The notes below the pieces were generated by a model, which saw only the letters and a program-made list of their open reading frames with translations, was not told where the DNA came from and did no database searches. A stretch of DNA of 63,839 nt, the filler included, from Reticulomyxa filosa (taxonomy: Eukaryota; Protista; Foraminifera), in assembly GCA_000512085.1 (NCBI GenBank). It is 15 parts of 15 records of this genome, joined end to end, with 100 filler letters (N's around TTAATTAATTAA, not from the genome) between each part and the next. Parts side by side here need not be neighbours in the genome. Positions count along the whole stretch, not along the records: positions 33,930 to 48,459 come from ASPP01005526.1; positions 48,560 to 52,028 come from ASPP01020627.1; 13 more parts are not named here. One strand, 5' to 3'. Position numbers and translations under genes: made by a program. Shown piece after piece: positions 39,132-50,420 of this stretch. Every line of letters starts with the position of its first letter. The stretch's first letter is position 1.

Positions 39132-42100
39132 ATGGTTTGTCTTTTTAGTTGGAAAAAAAAAATTTGGAGTGAATCCAAAAAAATCATACCTAACAAAACA
39201 CAAAGAACAAGTACCTTGTGATTGAATCCTATGGAGAAGAAAAAGCAATATTTAAGCCAACTGGGCTACGCAATGATGGAAGAATGCTAGACAACTCCAA
39301 AGAAAGCAACTGGGAAGAGTTGTTGAATACAATCAAAGAGAAGTTCCATCTGACAACCAAATCCTCACTTCTTTTAGTAAAAAAAGATAACATTGATGAT
39401 CACGTCGACAATGATGATGACCTATTTGATCTTTGGAATGCACTTATTAAAGATAAAAAGGAAACATCCTATACATTTAAAATGGTGTGTATGATTTCTC
39501 TTTTTAAAAAAACAAATAAATAGAAACAATACAGTATTAATAAACTAAAAAAAAAAAAAAAATAGAGATGTTTGGAAATAACAAAAGAAGGCAAGAAAAT
39601 AGAGTGGTGTCCAAAAGGATCGACTGACCCACAGTTTTATGGTGCAATGGAACAGCAAGACTGGACACAACATTTTGAAGATTTAAAACAATTAATTGGA
39701 GGACTGTCAGACAGTGAATATTTAGAGAATGAAAGTCAAAATAATAAAATAGAGACTGCAGATGACTTGAAACGTATTTGGGCTGATCGATATGACGAAA
39801 ATGACAGCAATAAATGGTCTTTGAAACTTCAAGTCAATTCAAATTATCTGACGGAAAGTGTAACGGAGCCAGGAGTTGAGGGAGATACAACTGTACAAAT
39901 TCATGGGGAAAAAGGGGAAGAGAAGGAACAAGATAATGAGGATTACAAGGTAGCAGATAGCAATACAGTCAATCTTAAAAATAACAGCAACAACATAAAA
40001 AAAAGTGACAAAATAGAGGAGAAGAAAGGAGATAAAACATCCAATGAAGGCAAATCAAAAGAAATACAACAACTACAAGAACTCAACGACGAAGAAGACG
40101 AAAAAAAAGAGATAATAAACAAACCAATTCAAAAAAAGGAGCATTTTGACATAAAATTGATGTTAGAGTTTGTGAAAAAGGCAGAAGAAGCAGCAGACAC
40201 AATTAAAGATCAAAATGTGATATTGATGTTAGGAGGCACTGGAACTGGAAAATCAACATTAATTCATTTTCTGGCCGGATCAACCATGGAAGATCAAATT
40301 GTAGATGGAAAGCCCCATATAGCCCCAGTGAAAGTTAAAAATAAAGCATTGGCTAATGTTCGTGCAAGTGCAGATGCAGCATCCCAGACACGATATATTA
40401 CAGCTGTTCCCATCAATTTAAAGGAGATGAATCTGCTTGTAGACATAGATAGTGTTGTCCTTTGTGACACTCCTGGATTTGAAGACACAAGTGGTCCTGA
40501 AGTCGATGTTGCAAATGGCCTTGGGATCATTCGAGCATTACAAAATTGTAAAAGTGTCAAACCTGTGGTGTTGATTAGTTACACTGCCTTGGGCAATCGA
40601 ATGAGTTGTGTCAAGGAATTGGCCCGTACACTCGTGTCCATTATTCAGTCCATCGAAAATCATCTCACTTCATTCTCGTATGTATTTACCAAACTACCCG
40701 ACGATAAAAAAAAATTTATGCACTCATTGGTGAGGGATACTTGGCAAAACGTGAAAGACGAGCCAGATGAAGGATTCAAAGCCATTTTAAAGGACATTGC
40801 CAAGAAAACACAAAATGGTGTGATCGCACCAAATTTAGTGAATGATTCACCAAATCCTTTGATAGAGAATCTTACCGATATAAAGGATTTCATTAAGAAT
40901 CCTGGAGAGGTCTTTCAACCTTTTGTTTCCGAAAGTTCCAAAGGAGCAGTCCAAATGCAAGTGCAGAAACACAAAGAACATATTTGGCAGGCCTATCAAA
41001 ATGAAGATTATAATGTTGCTAAAACAAAGTTGGATGAAATCATAGACCTGAATAATGTATTGAAACTTCCAACAATTGAAAATGAATACAAGGATATTGT
41101 GAAAAAGTTGACCAATGAATGGAACAAAAAAAGTGAAAATGCCAAATCGATGTTCAACGAACGTATTGCATCTCCGCATCTAAGCAAAAATGATGTATTG
41201 GCTTATCAGAAAGTCGTAAATGAATTTGTTTCTGCAAAGGAATTACGCAATAATTTGAAAGATGCAATTTGTGGCGAGTCTTTAATTCAAAATATCAATG
41301 AACAAATGCAACATTTGATTAATGCAATTGAAGAGGAAAAGGAAGGGGACGAAAGCATATTACAAGCTCATTTGGATAAAATTGCACAAGTGCAAGCCTG
41401 TTTCCCTGATTTTAGTGGTTCTTACAATGAAGCTTGTCAAAAACTGAAAAAGAGAGCTGTAAAGTATGCGGATGAAGCAAGAGAATGTATTAAAAAGAAT
41501 AAATTTATGGAGTTTCGAAAAGAGTTAGAGAAGATTGGAAAGATTTTGATTCTTCAAGAACATCTTCGTTCTCTCATAGATATTAAAAAAGAGATCAAAG
41601 ATTTGGAAAATGAATTATTAGCTCATCTCAATAACGTTTCAGGTGAAGGATATGATGTGTTGAAAAAGGCAATAAAAGAGGAAAGCGCTCCACCAAAAGA
41701 GGAAAAACATGAAAAAGAAAAAGTTGAAATAGCGAATATTCGAATTGAAAGACTTGACAAAACTGCTGTCGATATCTTGAAAAGAGCATTTCCTCTCTTG
41801 GAGGAAGCAGCAAATGCATTTGACTTGCCTTATGAACATGTTGGACTTGACAAGTCGACAAAAGAGTTGGTTCGTTCGTTTGTAAATCAAATGATTGGAT
41901 ATTTTGAAAAAGTTAGACAAAAGATTGCATACCTTTTTGAAAAGCAAAGATATCAAGCATTTGATGAAATTAAAAAATTTATTTTGGTGATGGACGAGCT
42001 TCGAACCATAGAAGCCGTAAAACAAAGAACAGGAAGTCAATATTTTCAAACTATCGAAAAGATATTTGGTTTTGTGCGCGATGTCCAAAAAGACATTGAC

Positions 42101-45100
42101 ACAATACTCAATTCTCTCAATAAGCCAAGCGTATCTTTTGATTATAATCGATTGTACGAATGTGTCTTGTGTATAAATCAGTCGGAGTGGATTGACGAAC
42201 GTCAGGAAGATGGCAGCAGCAATTTGAAGGAAACCGTAAAACAAAAGTTGACATTACATTTACATGAATTACAACAATTGAGTGAAGAATTAGAACTCGA
42301 TTTGGACCATCCTGAACTTCTCAAAGAAGCTCGTAATATCTTCACCCATCTTGGAAATTTGCGTCGTTTGGAAGTGATCATTCCAAAATTAGCTCCTTTT
42401 CGTCAAAAGGTGAGTATCCTATTGGAGCAATCGGTGCGAGCCACATTGGCTACAATTCGTCGTGAATTTGCATTGAACACAAATGTGTCAAATTATGAAA
42501 AAACGAGAGAGGAATTGATCCGACTCAAACCATGTGCAGAGAGTATTCAAAATGCCAATTCATACCTGCAGAAAAAGAAGTTTGAGAATGTGAAAGATCT
42601 TGACTCCAAAATTAATGCAACCAAAGAAAAATTAACCAACATCGAAGTTAAGATTAAATCAAAATATCAACCGATTGCAAATAAGATACAACCAACTGAG
42701 GAAAAAATTTCACAATTGGAAAGTATTAAACAAGAGTATGGAAAAATGACTTCCAAGCCAATGCATAAAGATGCAATGAGATATTTGAATGCAAGAGGAT
42801 ATAAATCAATACAAGCTGTGGAGGAGGATATTCGAAAAGGACAACAAAATTTGGAAAATTTATCAGAAGAAGGAGCGATAGTCAAAAAAAGCTTTCAAGA
42901 ACAAGTGAAGGAATTAAAAGAAAAACTGGACAAGGACGAACAAGTAAAGAAGGGATACGAAGCACTATTACAAAAGGGAATGGCATCATTGCAAAGCATT
43001 ACTGAATCATTAAAGGACCATGGCTTTTTGGAAAGTGAGGTGCAAAGATTAATTAACAATGAAAAAGAGTTGAACGATAAAATTCGTCAATGCGAACGTG
43101 AAATTGCAAAATTAAAAAATTCTGGACACACTTTTGAAGTGTTGAATGCTGCCAGAACTGTAAAGGTGTTGCAATATTTGAAAGAGTGTAAAACCACTGC
43201 CTTCCCTGTTGAAACAACAACAGCAACAGATCAATCTGATAAAAATGGCAATGAAAGTAGCAACAATGAGACGAAAGAGGATGAAAAAAAACAAACAGAG
43301 AATAGATCAGTAATCCCTCTGAGACAAGAAACCACAAACACATTGGATTTGGTGGAAGAATTTTTACGAAAGTATTCCATCTTTGTTCAAAGTCAACTCA
43401 ATTCTTTGAACTTTACCGAAAGTGAAGCAACATCTAACAATGATGATGAAAAAGACGATGACAGCATAGGCATGATTGAAAAAGTCGAAAGTATTTTCAA
43501 CCGATTTACTGAAGTAAAAAAATTGCAAAAAGATTATCCCATAATATTTGCATACTTTCCGCAAGATATAATTGAACTATTTGACAAACGATTAAAAAAA
43601 ATGTATTTGGATCTACATGATGAAATGATGAAATTAGCAGCCCTGGAAAGCACTAAACCATTGAAAAGAAAAATCGCAATTGCCAGAGCATTGAGTGTAT
43701 TAGATGACTTTGCTCAATCCAATTATAAATTTCGTGAGCTGTTTTTAGATTATCAAACCAAAATCTACAAAGATGTAATTGATATCAAGCAGGTATTGGA
43801 GGCAATTGAAAAGCATGAATATCCAACTGTTGCCTCTGAATTGATTCGTATTCTACAAAATATTGAAGATCCAAATGTGAAAAGAGCATTCGGTAATATT
43901 AAAATCTCTTTATCGCGCTCTTTAAATACTTTGGCCAAAAGTACGCTGAAGAAAGTGTTACTGCTTGGGGAAGACGAAGTGGATTTGAAAAAAGTGACAG
44001 AATTGGTAGATGACTTAGGATATATCAAAGATGCACAACACTTGGTAATCCAATTTGTGGATGAGGTAGCACAAAAAGAAATTGAAAAAACAGCAAACAA
44101 AACGAAATTTGCCATTGGAAGATGGATGAAAGTGGTATTGGATACATTCGATGCATCTGTGAATGCTTTGAATTTTTTGGAAGCGGAAAACAAAATTATG
44201 CTGGTTCAAAGGATTGTTGATATTTTAGGAGATTATTGTGAACCTGCACCTTTAGACAGTGAAAAAGATGTGAAGAAAGGACAAGAGGGTAATGGAAACG
44301 AAAGAACAGAAACGATCACGAGTCGCGTAGGAAAACTAAGGAAAAGAATTGAAAACAAATTACAGGAAATTGTGGATAAATACACAGGCATCGACCTGAC
44401 TGGACACACGTTTAATCCTTATGCTTCATCTCCACCCAGAGAAATTTACGAAAAACTTTACACAATAATGAACAAGGGCGCTTTATACAAAGATAAATGG
44501 AAGGAAATTGAAAATAACATTATTCTAAAAATTCGAAAGCAATTGATCGAAGCTCGTGAGAAAGTGGGTACTTTACGTACTTGGGAAATTGATTCTTATA
44601 TTCGACTTTGTAGGACAGTATTAACAGTTTTACCTGACCACATGAGAAATATGCTTGAGGAAGAGATCAACCAAGGTGAAAAAGATATATCACATGAAAC
44701 AGAAATTGCTGCAGGAGCAGTAGCCAAAATAGTTGACAACAAAAATATAAACGATATTAATCAATTTTTAAATAAGTGCACAGACAATCAAAAAAAGATG
44801 GTCGAAACAAAAGTTGCCACAATGGCTCGAGACATGACTGCAGGCATAGAGCAGAAATGGGCCAACGAAGATATGATGGGGGCATTGGAAAATTTAAAAG
44901 AATTGTATAGCTTGAAAACGTCAATAAAAATGGCAATACCCGATCTCGACAATTGTCTCAAAGCTGCAAAAGTCACACTCACCAATCAGGTCGAAAAGGC
45001 ACAACAAAAAGCAGTGGCCAGTTTTGATGCATTTAAGCGTTGTGAGGTTGGAGCCAATACCATGGAGCCAATTGAAAAAGCACTGGACTTGGTCATTGAA

Positions 45101-48100
45101 TGCATGAACTTGAAAGGTGAAAGTGACGAATTAATACCATCTAATTTTGAAGAAAAATTAATGAATTAGACAGAAACACTTCCGACTGTTTTGCATCATT
45201 GCGACAAAAATATAGTACCAATTTTGAGCAAAAAAATGTGTATGACTTACAAAAAGTATTGGACTGCATGAAAGAAGTTGGCGATAAGACCCCCTTTTTG
45301 CAAAAGATAATGTCGTTTAGACAAAAAAAGGGATATTGGGATAGTCCTGAAAATAAAACGACCTCTGATCTGTGGACGTATTCGGAAGCGAAACTTGTTC
45401 TCAATAATAATTTGGAAAAGATGGTACGAGAGACAACCGATAAAGGACTCTTCAACGAAACCACCATTAAAGGAAGCGATACGGAACGAGATAAGTTTTT
45501 CCAAGACATGAAAGATAAACTCGAATTTATGCAGAAAATGTCTCAATGCAAAACTCATGTCACAAGCGTTGATAAACTAGAGGAGTGCTCAAAACAATTG
45601 AAAAAGGATATACAAGATATTGCTAAGAAAATGGAAAAAAATTCCAACTGGTCCTCCTCGGATTGTAGCTATCTTAGCCAGTGTTACAGGTGTTTTCTTG
45701 CCATGAAAAAACATGCCGTATTTCCAGATCTTGCGAAATCCCAAGTTGAAATTATTAACTCCATTGTGAAGACACGAGTTACGCAATTGGAAAAAGAGGC
45801 AATGGATAACTTGTATCCAAATATCCTAATACCTCGCTTAGTGGAAATGAAAACCATATCCGTGCATCTTTTCAAATTTAAACATTCCATTAACAAACTT
45901 ATTGATACACTAGTAATTGCCTACAAAAAAAAGAGCAATGGGGGTGTCGATATTGCAGCATTAGCAACACAACTCGAAGAAGAATCAACCGGAGTGGGTA
46001 AGATGATTGTTGCTGAGCATAGTGTGTTCAAAGGATTCTCTGTTGCGCTATTCAATCAGAAAACCCTGGCACATGGAATTGACTATGTTTTGGAAAAGAT
46101 TGAAGCAAAAGGTGATCCAATAGATACATCGAAATTAAAGAAAATGTATGATGAATTTAATACAAAATATCGCAAACTTGTGCAAGATAATCTGGCCAAA
46201 ATCAAAAATGACTCGAAGCAACTCAGTGTATTTGCAAATAATGCAAGAATGTGTGCTCGTGGCATCAAACAAATACAAGACAATGAAAAATGGGACGCAA
46301 GTGTTCGAGACAGCATCCCTGAAATGATGGCTAACATTTTTGCGTTGTGGACACTCCAACATGTACAATACTATCATGATGCACAAGGAGTGGAAGGTCA
46401 AAATGATTATTTGGTACAACCACATCCAGCTCAAGTGATTTCCATATTCCGCATGTTGGGTGTTGAAGAGAAAAAAACTGGATTGACAAATCACTTAATT
46501 CAAATCGGAACAGGAGAAGGAAAATCAGTTACTTTGGCAGTCACTTGTTGTATGTTGGCATTATTTGGATTTGATGTGAGCTGTGCTTCATACAGTGAAT
46601 ACTTGAGCAATAGAGATTTCAAAAGTTTTGAGCAATTGTTCAATATCTTGGGCGTAATTGATCATATTCATTATGGCACATTCAACAAGATTTGTGAAAG
46701 GATTATCAATGAAGGAGGTGATGTGCGCAAACTTGTGGAAAACTTAATCCTTCCAGATAATGAAAAAAAATCTAATGAACTTGAGCGAATCATTCGTTCA
46801 AAGATACTTTTGATTGATGAAGTTGATGTATTTTTCAACAAAGACTTTTACGGAAGCTGCTATTCACCTGCAGCTACATTGAGGCATGATGCCATCACCA
46901 AACTTATTGACTTCATTTGGAAGAATAAAAACTCATTTTTGAAATTGAAGGATGTAAAACAATCCAATGAATACAAGGCATGTTGTAATGTATTGAAAGA
47001 ATGGGATTCTTTGTTGGATGAAGCGATTAAAGATATGTTGAGCGATGTTCAAAACTTTTTATCTCATGGATATCAAGTGAGTAATGATAAAATTGGGTAC
47101 AAAGAACAAGACAGTATTTCTTACAATATTCGATATGGTTACAAGACTTTATTTGCGTATTATCATGAAAATGCACAAAATAAAATAAGTGCTGAAAGTT
47201 TAAAAAACAATATATTCCTTTCATTTCAAATTGGAAATTTTTCTTATGCCAATGTTCCCAAAAGTTTCTATCGTATTATGGGTGTGAGTGGGACATTGAA
47301 AACGTTGAGTAAATCTGAACAAGAAGTGGTAGAGCAAGATTATCATGTTTCCAAACATACTTACATGCCATCTTTATTTGGTGACAATTTTCTTGTCTTT
47401 GCACAACAAAAGGATGTTTCTATTGTTCGTGAAAGCAATTATTTCATTATGCTTAAAGAGGAGATTGATACACGTCTTGTTGGAAAAATTCAAGAAACAA
47501 AGCGAGCTGTGCTGGTGTTCTTTGAAACCAAAAAACAACTAATGGAGTTGTATGAATCGTCCAATTTTTCTCCAATTAAAGATGATGCAATTGTAATGAC
47601 TGAAGAAATATCTCCCGACGCCAAAGAATCTTTCATTAAGCGTGCCACTAGTTCTGGTCAAGTGGGATTATTCACCAAAGCATTTGGAAGAGGGACGGAT
47701 TTTTACTGTCGTGATCAAATTGTGGCCGCCAATGGTGGACCACATGTGATCCAAACTTTCCTTTCTGAAGAGTTGTCTGAGGAAGTGCAAATCAAGGGAC
47801 GTACAGCAAGACAAGGAAAACCTGGTTCTTACAGTTTGATGTTGTGTGACAAATCACTTGAGAAATTCTCGATTACACAACAAGATATTGAAAATGCGCG
47901 TAATTTAGGCAACTTTTATTCAATGCTCGATGCAAAACGAAATGAATTCTTCAAAGCTCAATACGCTGAGAACAAAAAATTTGTGGAATATGCCTCAAAA
48001 GAGCACGAATTGGGTGAGAAATTAATTACAGCTGTAAAAAAAAATGATGTAAATACAGTGAAGAAAATGTTATGTGAACGGAACAGAGGAACGGAAGAGA

Positions 48101-48459
48101 AAAAATCTTCACGTACAATAGTGCTTATGGATGCAACTGGTTCGATGGGCCATTTGTTACAAAAAGCTAAAAATACAGTGAGCATAATGTTTGAACGTAT
48201 TTCAACTATTTTAAAAGAAAATGGAAGATCTCCAAACAGCTTCGAAATGCAATTTGTTGTGTATCGAAATTACAATGCTCCTGAAGATATGATTTTGCAG
48301 TGCTCCACTTGGGAATCCAAACCTGAAAATCTTCGCAATTTTATGGAATGTATTGAGGCTGACTATGGATGGGGAAATGAAGCTATTGAAATTGGATTGG
48401 CCCATGTCAATAGAGAAAATAAGAAAGAAGCTGTTTCACAGATCATTTTGATTGGGGAC
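39132..48459 (+). CDS. Giant (>3,000 aa) protein: 2x PB1-like, TRAFAC/AIG1-like GTPase, helical/coiled-coil stalk, SecA-type SF2 ATPase, vWA; 3'-truncated; one frameshift at ~45155
   Basis: ATG 39132-39134, introns 39135-39205 and 39485-39565, then ORFs 39572-45169 and 45199-48459. GTPase G1 GGTGTGKS (40232), G3 DTPG (40466), G4-like FTK (40685). SecA motifs QIGTGEGKS (46501), YLSNRD, IDEVD (46813), GVSGT, GRGTDF (47686), QIKGRTARQGKPG (47788). vWA MIDAS DATGSM (48130). Confidence 0.9.
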
Positions 48460-48880
48460 NNNNNNNNNNNNNNNNNNNNNNNNNNNNNNNNNNNNNNNNN
48501 NNNTTAATTAATTAANNNNNNNNNNNNNNNNNNNNNNNNNNNNNNNNNNNNNNNNNNNNTTTTTTTTTTACCAGAAAAAAACAAATAAAACGTATAATGT
48601 TTTGATTTAATAGGATCAATTTTGATTATAAAATTTAATCAATTAAAAAAAAAAGCTGGCAATGATTTGAGACATTAAGATGACATAATTTTGATATTAT
48701 TAATCTCCAGCAGATTACTATACTCAAATAAGACTATCCCGTTTTTGCCTGAAATACATATCCCAAAAGGCAATTCATTTAATCTAGTACAAACAAGCTA
48801 AAGGATAACATAGAACCCGATCAAACAGTGCACATTATTTTGTAAGAAAAAAAGACAAAAAAAAGGAGCTGGTTGCATTT

Positions 48881-50420
48881 CTACGTGCTATTTGTGAATA
48901 ATTCCCGGAAACCTTGTGAGGTTGTGACTAATTTGATTTTTAGTCCAGCGTGTCCACTGTCAAACACATAAGGAACGACCCATTTGGATCGATCGATTCC
49001 AAAGAATCGTTTCCAGTCCAAAGAGGTGTTACTCGGAATAGGAAAGCGTTTTGGACTATAGCTCATACGTTTTGATTTGAAGCCTTTGTGCTTTGTCCTA
49101 GCCACTGAATTCAAACGAGGAAACGGTATTTGTTCAACTTTCTGCATATCACAGCCTAAGAAATCGATCAAAGGCTTCCATTGCCAGTCTTTGAACACGT
49201 ACGAATTCAGAAGATGATCGCCAGATGCCGGGCCGGTCACGTTCGGATGCTCTTCGCCAAAATTTATCACTAGCAGATCATGAGAGCGATTGTGCTGTTG
49301 AAAGTAATCGATCACAAATTGATTGTGCAGTTCGTATCTTCTGGCAACAAGCATTGCAAATTCTTGGTCATTTAGTCCATTTATTGCATAATTCTTTTTA
49401 CTTTGGCGCAGATATTGTATATGACTATTTGCTATCTCATTCACCGATCCACGAGTAGTTAATATATACTTGCTATTTGGATACCACTGATCAAACACCG
49501 GAAATAAAAAACACCACGGGCTGTCCCCTTTTTTTTTTTTTTTTTTTTTTGCAATAACAGCAACAAAATGTGCAAGGATAAACCGTAAGAGTAAAATCGT
49601 GCAAGAATAAAAAATGTGCAAGGATAAAACACGGCGCAAGGATAAAAATGTGCAAATACAAAACAATGTGCAAGGATAAAAATGGATAACTTCCCCTACT
49701 TGCACATTATCTAGATATATATGTATATATATAAGTACCAAATGCTAGGGCATGAAATGTGTCGTTTCGAAGTTGGAACAACAATTCTGAATGCTGAAAA
49801 ATGTCAATACAAATGTCGTTGATTGATTTCCAAACCATAGAGGCATCATGAACGTACTCCCACAATCCGGTGTGACGACAAGAGTTGTCGCCGCAAAAGT
49901 AATCAAGATATTGAAGGGCTCGCACCAAACTCGTCGTTCCCGTTTTCATGAGGCCGATCCCAAACACTTTCCCTTGGTGTTTACAATGAGGGTTTCGTGG
50001 CAACTTGGATTCGCTTTGTGGGCTCAAAGGTACGAAGGAATGTATCCTTTGCACTATCTGCTTTTCGATGAGGGATTCATCGTAACCATAGACAAAAGGT
50101 GACAACGTGTCATCTGGTAACACAACCACTGATGTAGCCAATTGCTTTGCAGAGGCAATAAAATGCAAACGAAACGTTGTATTAACTCTCTCAACGGGTA
50201 ACAGATTGTAAACGAAATTGTTTAGTGCTCTGTAAACCTCATTGTCAGTTTTCCACAAATACAACCAAACCAAAGGGAACACGTGTGCCATTACTATCAA
50301 GCATACAAACAACCAACACTTGGTTACACGACTTTGCTTACCCCGATGTGAGGCTTGAATATTGGAGGAATGGTGTGCATATTTTCTCTTTGGATATTTT
50401 TTTGATAACGACACTTTCAT
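48881..50420 (-). CDS. Type II membrane sulfotransferase-like P-loop protein (Sulfotransfer_4-like)
   Basis: N-terminal TM helix; KVFGIGLMKTGTTSL.RAL..L (PAPS-binding loop); after an intron, GDSPW...YPNSKYILTTR and W.PL..FLG...PFPRLN. Confidence 0.85.
49565..49685. repeat. Intronic imperfect tandem repeat (aatgtgcaaggataaa-like, ~6 units)
   Basis: Directly visible repeated units inside the sulfotransferase intron. Confidence 0.8.

Noticed and set aside
46400-47850. Bacterial secA or contaminant contig
   Set aside because: Motifs are embedded in a giant fusion with spliceosomal introns at the 5' end, on a contig that also holds an intron-containing eukaryotic gene; no operon context.
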